Assembly (NCBI RefSeq): GCF_036321535.1
Contig: NC_087436.1
Span: 119,848,001 to 119,912,000 of the forward strand
Direction of reading: 5' to 3'
DNA from: Camelus dromedarius
Taxonomy: Eukaryota
DNA length: 64,000 nt
In this document: positions 13,310-26,625 of the stretch, piece after piece
Position numbering within the stretch: the stretch's first letter is position 1
How the letters are laid out: the number at the start of each line of letters is the position of its first letter
Notes under the pieces: model-generated
Seen by the model: the letters and a program-made list of their open reading frames with translations, nothing else
Databases searched by the model: none
What the model was told of the DNA's origin: nothing
Translations under genes and position numbers: made by a program

Positions 13310-13705
13310 CTACTTGACATTCTCTGAGCACATGATGCTGGCTTTCTTTTCCAGACCTCAGCTCATGCTGTTCCCTATGCCCTCTTGCCTGAGTAACCCG
13401 TCCTCACCCTCCAGTCCTGTGTGGATGTCCTGTCCCCCAGGAGGCTGTCCATGGTGCTGGATGGCCCCTGAGGCTGTTAGGGTGGGGCGTCCTCACCTGT
13501 GCTCCCACAGCAGCTCTGAGCTTCCTGCCCTTGACTGTGAATCGTACGTGCTGCTTCTGTCCCCAGGTCCCTATGAGAGCACGTCCTCCCTGCAGGCGGT
13601 CACAGCAGCTGCACTTTGCACGTTCGTGTCCCTGGATACCCAGGCACTCGCGCAAAGTGTGGCACACAGTAGGTGCTCACCTCATGCTTGTTGACTGAAT
13701 AAATG
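13310..13705 (+). mobile_element. L2 3' fragment containing the RE1 motif
   Basis: …ctgtgctcccacagca…tggcacacagtaggtgctca…tgcttgttgactgaataaatg is an L2 3' end. Confidence 0.7.
13441..13461 (-). promoter_or_regulatory. RE1/NRSE (REST binding) motif
   Basis: Minus strand TCCAGCACCATGGACAGCCTC vs consensus TTCAGCACCAYGGACAGCGCC; 16-bp core CAGCACCATGGACAGC is perfect with canonical 2-bp spacing. Confidence 0.7.
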
Positions 13706-15124
13706 TAGAGGGACTGCTGTGATTCAGATCTATCTGTGTTTGACTCTTCCTGATACCAGCTGTGTGACCTTGGGCACGTGACTTAACCTCTCAGAGCTTC
13801 TGTGTTTGCATCTGCAAAAGGAACCTTCCTTTGGCAGTAGCTGCTGGCGTTCATTAAGCATTTGTTAAGTCCTTGCACCACATGCTCCTCTGAGCTCTTT
13901 GGGCTCAGTAGCTGCTCTGTGCCTCACAGCTGTCATTTGAGGCAGTGCTGGCACTGTTATCCCTGTTGATGGGGTACGTTAGGGAGGCCGGGGAGGCCCA
14001 GCTGGCTCAGGGCCCCACAGGCCAGGGGCAGTGGGCTTGGAGACTGTGCGTTGGCTCTGGGACTGTACCTCCAGCCTTGGTGCCATGACCTCGCCCGTCC
14101 AGATGAGATGCTGGGTGTGGTGGAACCTTTCGGGACTGTTTCTGCTTGGATCTGCGTCAATTCAGACCCCAGAGCACCCTGGGGTCCACTTGGACTAAAG
14201 GAAGATGCAGCAGAAAGCAGGGACTTAGAGAGTGAGACAAGGCTGAGCTCAGACTGACCCCGTATATCCCCGTGCTTCTCTGAGACTCAGTTTTGACATC
14301 TGTAAAATGGGGCCTTGTCATGTCTTGTTCATAGAGAGGGTTGAGTGCCCACTGGGTGATGCCCAGAGCATGGTTAGGGCTCTGTGGATGTTACCTCTTA
14401 CCCGTTCACATGCAAACATGCTGCCCTGTACTTGTGTCTTCTAAAGCTAATCTCCCCCCAAGTTAGGGATGGGCTGGTAGTCAGCAGAGTTCTAGGGGGA
14501 GTGACTTCCTAGCTGGTGTCTCCCCCTGTCACCTGCTCCTTGGGGGAGGCCAGGCCAGGTTTCTGTCAGGCTGAGGCCTCCTCCAGCTTTCTCTGAGGCT
14601 ATGCCCTTCGGCCACCCTTTCCTCCCTCCTGCTGCCCTCCCCGGCTCCAACCACCACTGGGATGTGCCCACTGACCCTGGATGGTGTCCGGCCTTCCCCA
14701 GACCCAAACCCCAGCCTTGCTCCAGCCCTGACCAGCTGGGGGCCTGGGCACATCACTGACCCTCTTGGAACCTCAGGATCTTCATCTGTGAAACAGGAAT
14801 GATCAGGCTGGCCTTGCCTTTCTCACAGGAGGGGTGGTTTGTGTGGGTTCCCCATCCCATGGACTAGAAAGTGGGGGCCCTTGTGACCGCAGTGGTGCAC
14901 CCACCTTGCAAGGGACCTCCCACTTCTGGTGTTGACAAGGGAAACACCAGCTTCAGGACCGTGGACCCTGTGGGCAGTGCCTTTCCCTGAGCCCCTAGTC
15001 TGTGGCAAGCGCTGTCCGAATCTGATCATGTTTTAACCCTAGTGGTGGCCCATTGAGGAGTCGGGGAAGGGCACTCTCGTTTGCTGAGAACCACAAGCCC
15101 TGGGTTGTGTCTCCTCCCTTCCTC

Positions 15125-15240
15125 GACACAATCTCATGAGGCTGTGATGGAGCCCATTGGGCAGTGGGGAACTTGAGGCTCAGAGAGGGTGGGCGATCTG
15201 CCCCATGTCACACAGCTGGCAGGACTGCAATTCAAATTGT
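15125..15240 (-). mobile_element. MIR SINE fragment
   Basis: gaggctcagagaggg…gccccatgtcacacagctgg…attcaaa. Confidence 0.65.
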
Positions 15241-16301
15241 GGTCTGGCTCAAGCCTGGTGCTGGTCCCAGGCCCCCAGGCTGCATGCTCAGACCGGGCTG
15301 TTAATGATGCAGGGAGGCCTTCCGCTTCCTTTGAGGACTCCTGAGTGCAGTTGGCCAGCAAATGCAGCAACTCGGGGTCCAAAGCAAACAGGGAAGAGAG
15401 GAGGCCGCCCTCGCTGTGCTGGGAGCAGAGGGAGCTTGGAGCCCATGGTGGTTTGGGAAAGGCCCTCCCCTCACAAGGACTGCACAAGATTGCACAGGGT
15501 GAACCCAACAGGCTGGAGTCGAAAATGCAGAAAATGAGGAACACACTCTGTGGAAGTCAGGAGGACACGCAGGCACCAAAGCTGTGGGTGGCCAGTGCTG
15601 GGCCCTGCAGGACAGTGTCCGGGGTTGCTTTTCAATGTCCTGCTTAATCCACATGAGCCAGGGAGGACCTGGGTGTGCATTTCTGCCCCCAGCATGCTGC
15701 ATGTTCTTTGGCAGCTCTCCCCGTTTCTCTGAGCCTCAGTTTCCTTATCCAGTAAATGGGAACAGCAGCTATTGAGAGGTCAAATGCTATTCCCAGCACA
15801 GGCCACGCCCATGGAGATTCCCTCTTCCACACCCCACCCACCCAACCTGTTGATCTCAGAAATAAATAGTTGCCCCGTGGGCCCTTGGCTCCCAGCATCT
15901 CACAGCTGGGAGGGTCTGGGGGACCATGAACATCAGCCACCTCCTTGTGCAAATGGGGAAACTGAGGCTCAGGAGGGAGGAGAGCAGCCTCTGGTCTCTG
16001 CAGTCTGGAAACCTTTGCACTCGACTCTCAGCTTCTTTATCTGAGCTGCATGACAACCCTGTGAAGGAATTCCAGACCAAGGGACGTTGCCCCATGTACC
16101 CAGGAAAGAAACTGAGACGTCCAGAGAGCCTGGTGCCCTTCCCCAGCCTTTACTGGGGTCACCCAGTGAACTGAGGCATCACTACGTTCAGAACTTTGAT
16201 ATTTGATGGTAAAACAGCTGGCACAGCAGCTGACACATAAAGGTCCAGAGTAGCGGTGGCTCCCTTTACCTTCCCCCAGCACGTCCTGCCAGCACTGTCT
16301 G

Positions 16302-16656
16302 CACCATCAGCACCATCCTCATCATCCTCACTATGATATCACCATCATCACTACCACCATCATCACCACCATCACCACCACCACCACCATCACCACCACC
16401 ACCATCCTCACTATATCACCATCACCACCATCGCCACCATCACCACCACCACCACGATCATCATCACCATCACCACCACCACCATCACCACCACCACCAC
16501 CATCATTATCACCACCACCACCATCACCACCACCATCACCACCACCATCATCACCATCATTATCATCACCACCACCATCATCACCATCACCACCATCACC
16601 ACCACCATCACCACCACCATCACCACCACCACCATCATCACCATTATCACCATCAT
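16302..16656. repeat. (CAC/CAT)n triplet repeat, ~350 bp
   Basis: Direct inspection; it produces the poly-His pseudo-ORF. Confidence 0.97.
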
Positions 16657-16840
16657 AGCAATCTCCATTTATTGAGCTCTCACCCTGTGTTAATTCACTC
16701 ACGTGAATGATTTAACACTCACCGTGAAGCCCTTTGAAATGGGTTCTTTTATTGTGCTGTATTCTCTCCCCTTTACAGAGGGGCTGAGTGACTTGTGAAG
16801 ACTACATAGCTGGTTAGAGGTGGGATCATGGTCTGAGCCT
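16657..16840 (-). mobile_element. MIR SINE fragment abutting the CAC/CAT repeat
   Basis: atagcaatctccatttattgagc…cccctttacagag…agtgacttg…acatagctgg. Confidence 0.65.
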
Positions 16841-19019
16841 GCAGCCTTGAGCACGGCGTGGCACAGAGGCTCCAGCCAGGCAGGTCTTCACGGATGGCAG
16901 TTGCATCTGTTCAGATTCATTTACTCATTAGCCCGTTTATTCGTTTGCTCACCCAGTGCTCATGCTGCCAGGAGCTGTGCTGAGCCCTGGGCATAAGCTC
17001 TCCTGTAGGACTCGGGCGGGGCTGGTGGGCTGCCTGAGGTGGGGCCTAGTTCTCGAGACTCTTGGAGCCTGAGTGTGTGTCAGTTGGTGGGCTGGAGGCG
17101 GGGGTGGGGGAGCTGACAAGGAAAGCCTGATGTTGTAGAGTGTGGGGGTAGTCACTCTGCCAGGACAAGAGGAGGACAGGGCCTAAATTAATGAGGGAAG
17201 TCACCAGGAAAAGGCTTCTGGCGCTGACCTTGAAAGAGGGTGAGGATGGGGGTTGGGGAAGGAGAGGGGAGGACAGGCCAGTGAAGAGGGCTGGGCTGGT
17301 GCCCTCTGTAGCTCAGGGCTTTGTGACTTTCTGGGCATCCCCTTCGGTTATCCCCCACTGACGCCCGTTTCCTGTGACTTTGGCCCCTGCCCAGGCCTGG
17401 CGGAGTGAAGGGTCAGGAAGGGAAGGGGTGAGGCCTGGCGCAAAGGGAGCATACCCAGACCCAGAGGGACCCTGGAGGCACAGGTCAACTCCAAAATCCC
17501 GCCGGGGAGAGTGGACGGGGGAGGGAGTTCAAACTTTCTAGAGAGTGTTCCGGAAGGTTCCTCAAGTGCCTTATGAAGTCCAAAGTATGAAGGCGGAGAG
17601 GGAGGAGACAGAAGCAGTGGGGCCCCCTTTGTGCTGGCACCACCACCCATCTCCGTGTCCTTATGTCACAAAACTCCCTCAGGACGCCTGCAAAGAACGT
17701 CCTCGCCTCTGTGTTGCTCAGATAAGGGACCAAAAGCCCAGAGAAGTGAATCACTTGCCCGGGATGCCCAGGGAGGGCTCCCCCCATGTCTGACTCCAAG
17801 GCCGGGGCCCTTCCCACCACAGCACCCCACCCTGCCCCGCCTCCAGCCCCCAGGAATTAGAACTTTCTGGAAAGCTCCTGGGGCCCCTCACCCCTTTCCT
17901 AACCCCCAACACGGGGCAGCAACCAGTGGGGCTCCGCACAGATGCTGTGAAATTAGCAACTTAATTTTGGTTGTCAGGAAATCAGTTGAGGGAAAAATGT
18001 GTTTTCAAGAAATCAGTAGTTTTCTTGCAAACCAGCATGATAAAAATAAAGAGAAAGGCCAAGCTGCAGGGAGAAAGGCCATTTTCTAAATTTATAACAG
18101 GGATTCATTATTCATGGGCCACATTTGAAAAGGCCAAAGCCACAGAAAGGAAGTAGGCGTGGGTGGGAAGGGCCTGGGCTGGAAGGGGGGCCTTCCCGGG
18201 GAGCCAGGCAGAGGAACTTGGCCCAGGGAGGGACCTGCTGACCAGGGAAGGGGCCGAGGGGCTGCGGACATCCTGCAGCTGCGGACACAGCTGGGCTTTA
18301 TAGAGCAGAGAGGCCCGCGCTGCCTCTCCAGCAGTGCCGGGCTGTGCACCTGGGTACCAGCGCCTGTGCAACGGGTTAGTGGTACCTGCACAGAGTAGCG
18401 GGACAGAATAAAACCTGAGTGGGGGCTCTTATTGTTGTACACGTGACCCAGTTTACTCTAAGTAGCACTGCTGTGAATGACTTGGTGTTCTGTAGAAGAG
18501 GACACTGAGGGTCAGAGTGGTAGAGAGAGACAGCAGCTTCCCACGGCTGGTTTCTGTGGCTAAGGCCTTGGGCGTGAGGAAGCCACATCCTACCTTGCCA
18601 TGCTCTGATGGGCCTCCTTCCTTTGGTCCAGCTGTTTGGTCCTTTAGGGATGGAGAGAAAGGATGGTGTTGTGAGGACAGGTGGGCGTCTCAGAGGAGGG
18701 TCTTGTTCGGCCCTCCCCACAGCCCTGTGGGGTTGCTGCTATTGTCAGATGAGGAGACGGAGGCTCTGGGAGGCCTGGGACTTGCCCAGCGCTTCATAAA
18801 CTAGGGGGGCCCCCAACCCTGCTGACCCCTGGCACACCGAGCGGAGGACAAGGCCGTCCTGCTACACTTCACGTCAGGAGCACCCCAGCTCCTCAGGCAA
18901 GAGCCTGACCCCGGTGAGCTCGTTGCCTGGCTGGGTCCCTGCCAAGGGTTACAAAGGTCACACCACACCTCCAAAGAATCCAAGGTCGGATTTCTCCATT
19001 AACCCACAGTCATGGTTCC

Positions 19020-19210
19020 TGCCGCAGTGAGGGCTTGCTCCGTGCCAGGCCCTGCGCTCAGGAAGTGACATATTTCATCCCCACCCGACCCAAGGGGACA
19101 GGTGCCTCCACGATCCCACTGCACAGAGGGGTAAGCTGAGGCTCACGGGGGCAGTGACTTGCCCTAGGTCACGGCCTAGTGGGAGAGGCGGATCCAGACC
19201 CCATATAGGT
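19020..19210 (-). mobile_element. MIR SINE fragment
   Basis: gtgccaggccctg…ctgaggctca…gtgacttgccctaggtcac. Confidence 0.7.
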
Positions 19211-20499
19211 TTCCGTGCTATCCCAAGGGGGAGCGTGCCTACAAACCCTTCCGTGAGCCAAAATGGCATAAAGCAAAGTAGCAATTACCTTAGGACACAT
19301 CCTGCACAAAACACCTCGGGACGAAGCACAGAGGCTGACAGACCTGGTTCTCAGCTCTGGCAGCGACGAGGGCCTGGATGCTGAGACGCTGAGTGTGGTT
19401 TCTGGGGATGGTGCTGGGGTGCAGCTCTCACTGCCCTGGGCGTGCCGCCTCTGGCAGCTCTGCAAGATGCACATCGAATGGCATTTTCACTTTTCACCTC
19501 TTTTTCTGTAAAAACAAAGATCCTCTTCGGATTTCTTTTGGTTCCCGGAAATGGGTACTAAGGCGGATCTTTCATAGAAGTGGAGTAGTGTAAAGCAGAC
19601 CTTCGAAGGCAGAGGAGATCTGTGCAATCTCTCCCAGAAAATTCACTGTCATGGAATGTAGAAGCCAGAGGGCTGCCGGGAACTTTGTGGAAAAGGCAGA
19701 CAAATGCACCTGGGAGGAGGGGCAGTTTTGAAACAATTTTCTATGGTTCCCGCCTGGCTGGGCAGCAGGCGGACAAGGACGGGGGAGTGTGGGGGCCTGG
19801 TGTATTCTCAGCAGGAGGCAGCCTGGGGTGGGTGGCGAGCCGGCCATCGCCGCCCCCCGGTAACCCTGGTTTGCAGGCCACGTTATTCAGTTGTTCATTA
19901 ATAACTCAGGCCCCTCCCGAGGGCTCTCTCTGTTCAGGCTGCTTGTCGGGCAGCAGGAAGTACCTGCAGGCTGGGAGGTAACACCTGGAGGAGCCTCCAA
20001 CCAGGAGGGCAAGAGGAGGCGTCCCTGCCCCGGCCTCCCCACTCCCAGCCTGCTCCACACCATCTTGCAGGGGACCGGCGGCCCTGAGCTCTCCTCGTGA
20101 TTCTTACTGACACACCCTTTCCCGTCCCACCTCCCTGTTCCTCTACAGGCACCTCCTGGGATCACCTCCCAGAGGACCTTCCCACGCTGGAGTCCTCATC
20201 TGTTGCTGGGGTCCCGGCCTCAGACCTGAGGACAACTGGTGACGTGATGGAGAGGAACTGACCTCACACGGAAGGCCCGGGAGGCCTCCTGGGGAAAGAC
20301 CACAGGCTTAGTCGGGGTCCTGGGCACGTCTCAGTGACTCAGGGAGGACCCTGGCGGCCGGAGGGCAGGGGCAGGAGGGCTGTGTCCCCCATGTCCCACC
20401 GGGTGTCAGTTTCGGGCTGCAGTGGCTCCAGCCTCAATGCTCAAGCCAGCCCTGTGGCAGCCTGTGCGGAACAAGACCTAGAACTAAACCTCGGGTTCA

Positions 20500-21150
20500 T
20501 CAGACCCAATTCCGGCCACGAGCCGGGGCCCGTGGTCTCCCGTGGAAACTCCTGCATAAACGCCTGCAGACCCGGCCCGCGGCCCGCCCGCCCCTCAGAG
20601 CCCCTGCAGCTGCGTCAACGTGCACGCGTTAGTTCGCCCCGGACCCTCATCTCACCTGAACCCTGGGAGAGGCACCCACGTGTCTCTCCAGGGCCCTGAG
20701 ATTTGTGCCGCTGGGCGAGCCCTCCCCCCAGCAGCAGCCGCCGCCGCGGGCCTGGGCCTCCGTTTCTCCCGGCGGGGCCCAGCCCTCCGCCCTGACCGCC
20801 GCCAGCCCACGCGGCCCCCAGCGCTCCGGCTGGAGCCTTTCTTCCGTTCTTGGTCTTGGTTCCCAGGTGCAGGTAGCCTTCACCTTTATATCTTTCTCTT
20901 TCTTGGAGGGAAAATAAAAGCAGCGACACATCTGTGACGATGTTATCTGTCGTTCGTGGCCGCCTGCTTCCCTCAGAGTTGGTCGCTCTGTTTGCTGGTG
21001 GACGTGAAGCCGTGAGCGCCCAGGTCGTGGGGCGCGCGTGCGGTCTGACCACCTGGCTTTCGGGCGAGGGCGCCGGGCTGGCGCGGGCGGTCAGGACTGG
21101 CGGTGAGCCTCGTGGGGCCCTGCGGCTGGAGTGCTTTCCTCCGCGCCAAA
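20500..21150. promoter_or_regulatory. Intragenic CpG island
   Basis: Manual count of about 55 CpGs in 20521-21120, with high GC and runs such as ccgccgccgcggg and ggcgcgcgtgcgg. Confidence 0.7.
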
Positions 21151-22909
21151 TATGCCCAAACTGGGCCCAGGGCAAGGCAGCAGACTTCTCTGCACCCCAG
21201 TGTCCCCACCGACAAAGGGGACCTTTGTGTTGTCTTACTGTGTCTGTGCCTTGAGACAGAAGGAATCTGGAGATGTATTTCCCCTCCTTCCGCTTTCTCT
21301 CTTTTAAAAGTACGTCTCGACCAGGGAGATCCTCCCCCGCGAAGACACAATTAAGTTCCTCAAATTAATTGCGCACCTGCCGGTAGGGTTAGTGATTTTC
21401 TTCATTTCCACTGTAATTACGTTGGAAGAACAGTCACCCCGATCTCCTTGGAAGGAGCGTGGGCTCCGGCAGCGAGCGTGGGTGTCTGACGAACCTGAAA
21501 TCAAGCTCCCTGTCTGTGGACCCGAGGTGGTGGACGCTCCGCTCCGTCCATTGTGCGGCAGCCCAGAGCGGCTGGGATTGTCATTGTCCCATTTTACCAG
21601 CTGCATCCTCGAAAGTGAGGGGATGGCCTCTAGCCTGTCTCTGGCTCTTGAGGCCCCTGTGTCCGCCAAAACAAGGAATGTGTGTTGTGAGGGTAGAAGC
21701 AGAGGGGCCTCCGGGGGAACAGGGAGAGGGGAGGTCGGAACAAGGCCTCACAGGGCTCACAAACCATCCCTAGCTTTTGCGTCTGAGGACGACTTCTCCT
21801 TGTGGGGGAAGAGAATCCTGTGGCCATACTGGTCCCCACAAGGCTGGTCACCAATTCTGAACCCTGAGCCGAGCAGCAGTCTCTGTTCTCAAAGGGACAG
21901 TGTATGTGAATGCAAATGAACGCCATCAAAATGTGAAAATGGGACGGTCAGGGGTCTGATCAGAATGGTTCCTCCTGTTTATAAGAAGGGGCTGCATGAA
22001 CCCAGTTGTTTTACCTGTGGGCCCACCCCTGGCACCTTCCCTGCTGTCACCGCATCCCTCCCTGTGACTCCCACTTACAGGTCTGTCTCCCTTCTGGCCC
22101 ATAACACCCTGAGGACAGGGAGCACACGTGGGGTGCAGAGAAAGGAAGGGACTTGCCCAAGGCCACTTGCCCGGAAGGGGTAAAGCTGGAATTTAAAGCC
22201 AGGTTGCCCAGTTGACCCTCGTGCTCAAGCTCACTGTGCATGAGGAGAGGCTGGCCCTTCGCCCTGAGGCCGCCCACTGACCCAGTTTACTTCAAGGTAC
22301 AGGGAGAGATACAGACACAGGTTTATTTCTTCAGCCTCAGCAATTGAGGGAGAAAAGAATCCTATAAAACCATTAGGATGTCAGTGACCCATGGGATGGG
22401 CAGCCTATTTAAATGCCATTTCGCTTTTTTGAAAAAAATATCTGGCTACTCCTTTATGTCTCAGTGCATTTATTGGACAAGGTCCACCCAATTTCATGTT
22501 TTAAAATTAAACAGCCGAGCAGAGAGGCTGCCAGTAATAACATCCTGGCACTTAGATCACAGGCCTGTCTCTGCGTGGGAGCCCAAACTCACCTGAGGGG
22601 CTGGGGAATTCAAAAACTAATAATATATTTTTAAAAAATATATGCTTTACATAAACTTTTATATATTATCTTAGTCATCTTTTGAGAAGCCCCAAATAGG
22701 AAAACTGTTACTTGGTAGAGCAGGGAAATCCAACCTCAAAAGAGAAAAAAATCCAGATGTATGTCCCCCACGTTCATGGCCTTGGGATTCCTGGCTGATT
22801 GAAAGTGGTGAAACCACCTGCTTAGAAATAAAGCAACAGAGCCTTGGTACAGTGTCATCATCTTCTAGAAATACGAAGGTGGTAATGACGCTGACTTGAA
22901 TCTAGTGCG

Positions 22910-23122
22910 TACAGATACAGGAGAGGAGATGGAGCTGATGGTGGAAATACAGATGGTCCTGGAGCTGGAGACAGAGCTGGAGCTGGAAATTGAGATGCAG
23001 ATACAGCTACTGATACAGAAACAGACGGAGACGGTGTAGACGGAGGTACAGGGGAGATGCTGGCACAGACTGGAGATGGGGATGGAGGTGGTCACAGAAG
23101 AGGTGCAGACACAGGTGGAAGT
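22910..23122. repeat. Degenerate hexamer-period low-complexity repeat (ATGGAG/CTGGAG/ATACAG)
   Basis: 6-bp periodicity visible across ~210 bp. Confidence 0.7.
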
Positions 23123-24989
23123 GACCGTGTGCTCCCCAGGGGCCAACACAGGTGACCTACAGCCTGACTGCAGTGAACTGTCTCATCAGCCCCAGGAGAC
23201 AGCCCATATCTAGCCTGTGTGCCTGTGAAGCCAGCTTGGTCCACCCCACACCAGGAGGGGCCCAACAACCCTACCCCCACTGGACCCCAGCCTGGCCTCT
23301 TCTCTTCAGGAGTCTCAGCCTCTCCCTGTCCCTTCACATCTCAGATCCTGCAGGCACCACTGTCCCCTCCCACCTTGTGCTGGTTCCCAAAGGCAGCTCC
23401 TGGCCCTGCTGGTCTCCTGCTCTGCTCACCTGGCAGACCCCCACGGCTGGCACCACACCCCACCTCCCACAACTGCCACCTACGTTGTCCCTGGTCAGCC
23501 CTGGGACAGTTGAATGGTCCATGTAGACCAGCCCACTTTGCTGGGGTTGTAGAGAGGAAGAAAAATCCTACGTGGAAGTGGTCAGCACGCAGAGCTCGGC
23601 CTGGTGAGGGCATCTCTCCCAGTGGCTGCACGGTGAGGGTGTTCGCGGCAGGCTCCGAGTCAGAAGCACGGTTCTGCCATGTGACCTTCGTGAGTCAATA
23701 GTTTTCTCATAGGAAAATGGGGTGATTGTGGTCCTGTCCTTCTAGAACTAAAGATTAGGCGATGGCCCATGGACGACACTTAAGAGCAGATCCTGCTGGG
23801 GAACGTAGGAACCCCTAACTCCTCTGTGCCTCCATTTGTCCATCTGTAAAATGGGGGTAATGGCGCCTACTTCCCAGAGGTGTTGCCAGGATACCAGGCA
23901 GAGGACACGGCCGTGGGGCACCCAGCTAAGGGTTAAATCCCCACTCCCTAGTCAGGCGGTAATTTGGAGTGGGGAGGCCACTGGAAGCCAGCAGGGACAA
24001 CCGGGGACAGTCCAGGGCCACATCTGCTGTCAGCCATGGTGTCTTACTTGCTTGAACCCCAGGAAACAGTGTGGGGGAAAAGGAGCTTTCTCTAATCTGA
24101 ACAGACAACTCCCACCAAAGTGCAGGAGGCTGCTATGGTCTGCGTCTAATGAGGCCTGAAGATGCCAACAGTGGAGGCTGTGGTCTGTGGTAAATACTTG
24201 GCATCCAGCTCCATTTGGCACATTGTGTTTGCTCTGTTGGTGGAGAAAATATTAACTCCCTGTTTCCCATGGCAATGGATTTGTATTTCTCCACTTAGCA
24301 GATTCCAGCAGCTGCAGAGAGAATTGCTTTATCTGTGTGTCCGTCCAGCCATTCGCCCATTCATTCATCAGCTGGTATTACTGAGAGCTTACTCTGTTAG
24401 GGTTGTGAGATGAGCAGCGGTGTGAGTGAGCCACGAGATGGCTGTGAGTCCCTGGGCTGCTCATTTCCCCTCTCTGAGCCTCCAAGCTTCTGTCTCTAAA
24501 GGGTATGTCCTTACTGCTGACCTCAGAGTGCTGTTGGAAGGTGTGATTGACACAACAATGGGAAGAGGAGTCCTCTCTACTGTGTTGAGTCGGAGCCTGA
24601 AAAACATTATGTGAGACTTAATGTGGTCAGGGAGGGCTTCCTGGAGGCAGCAGAGCCTGAAACAGATCTTAGGAGAGAACTAGACACTCACCCCTCAACA
24701 CATAGCTACAAAGCAAAGCCGCGCGAGTAAGTGCCGTAAGCTGAAAGCCACATCAATCTACTGTGTAAACAGTTTAGGAACATTCCCTCCACATTAGCCG
24801 ATTTTTCGTGGGTCCCTCGAACCAATGAATACATCAGCATCTAATTGTTCCCCCCAAAAACCACAAAAACCCGTGATAGTTGGCAGGAAGTCGTGACTAT
24901 TAGAATTAAGTGTGTGTCTGAGCATTTTTGGCTTTATCAAGGATTGTGTGGCCTTTTAGACCCAACATTTATTTAACCTCAGGCTTGCG

Positions 24990-26625
24990 TATTTTTACTG
25001 TATACAAATGAATGTGGATAAAATTCTCTTAAAGTTTACGTGGAAGGATAGGTATTTAAGAATAGCAAAAATTTCTAAAAATAGAAAAAGAAACCAAAGA
25101 AGGGGAACTCATTTAGAAGCTGTTAAAACTTATCTTAGAGCAGTTGCCCTCGGAAGTAGATGGTCTGTCAGTGGCTGAATGAGCCTCGCTCATAGACTCC
25201 AATGGACACACACTTGCTGACAGACAGCGAGAATTAACGAGGAAGGTGGTTTTTCAAATCAGTGGGGAGAAGATGTCACTGGCCCATTTGGTACTTCCAA
25301 TGGGAAAAAAACAAAAACATAACCACTTGTGTCCTGTCTTTGGTGAAGTACTAGGTGGGAGCACGGGATTGGATCTCCAGGTCGAAACCACGTGCCCAAA
25401 TAAATCTCAGACATGTCAAAGAAATGAAAGTTAAAAAATCCAAATATTATAAGCAAGGAGGATACATGTGGTCATTTAAACAAGATAGGGAACCCAGAAT
25501 TTATAAGAGAAAATGTAGACATATTTGATGCATAAAACACAATTGCATGTAAAACAAAAACACTGTAACTAAAATCAACAAAAAATAAAATGGATTAATG
25601 AGAAATGCAACAGTTCTGATAAGGACAGGGTTAATGTTGAATGGTAAGTATCTGTGATATGTTTCTAGAAAGCTTTTGTAAGGGGCTAGCAGAGGGATTC
25701 AAAGAGAAGCAGAATGGGGGGGGGTGGATACTGACACGATAGCAGAATTACCTGGTGAAGCCAGTCACCTGGGGAAGGATACTCAGTCTCCAGGAAGCAG
25801 GAAGATGCAAAGTAAAGTGAGGACTTTGCCACTTTCTAATCACCCATCAAAGAGGCACAAAAGAGAGAGAGAGGAGACGCCTCTCCCCACTGAGCTTCGG
25901 GGAAGGGTCGGAGTAGAGCAGGCAAGCGTCCCTCATGTTCCCGGCGGGGACAGCCGCTAGCAACGCCGCCACCTGGAGAGACATGTAGTCCTCAGTCCCA
26001 CTCCCATGGTCTCTCCTGGAACAGTGAAAGCAGCCACGTTTAAGGTTCTATTGGCGGGGATGTTTCTTACATCCAGCATGGCTGATAAGGACAAAAATAA
26101 TCACGGACAATGGGGAGCAAAGTGGGTGCCTATAGACAGGGGGCCAAGGGGATGTGCACCCGCTCCAGGGAGCCTTGGGCAGCCGTGGTGGGGCGGTGTC
26201 CTCAGATCTGGAGGGGCTTCTACTTTGTGTTATTAAGTGAGAAAACAGACAGCCACCCAGGTGTTTCCATTTGTGTGTGCTTACATGTGAGCTTGGGGAG
26301 ACCCCGGGGGTGGGGGTCCTCTGTTGGGATGCTTGTTCTGGCTTGCTTATCTGGGAGCGGGTGAAGGGAAGCTCTCTGGGCAGGGGTTGGGGGAGGCTGG
26401 ATTTTATAAAAGGCATAGAGAGGAAGGGAGGGAGGGGGGCAGGAGCGTAAGGAGTAGACCCCAGTCCCCACTCACCAACTCGCCTACAGTTGTGGTTGCG
26501 TCATGGTGATGGCATTTCAGACTATTTATCCTTCTTTGCTCATATGCGTGTGCAATACTCTGGTTGCTACAATGCACAAGTGCAGTTTCTATAATCAGAA
26601 ATTAAACAACAAATCTATTTTCATT
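24990..26625 (+). mobile_element. Ancient L1 (L1ME-like) ORF2 end and 3'UTR fragments
   Basis: A-rich degenerate L1 motifs (aagaatagcaaaaat…, ttcaaatcagtgggg…, ending …tttctataatcagaaa). Confidence 0.6.

Noticed and set aside
16333..16710. Poly-His ORF and the antisense poly-Gly/Asp and Val/Met ORFs
   Set aside because: Translations of a CAC/CAT simple repeat; no splice or protein-family support.
18297..18304. Minus-strand TATA-like CTATAAAG (also TATAAAAG near 26405)
   Set aside because: Short motifs expected by chance, with no supporting promoter or exon context; the second lies within an L1 relic.
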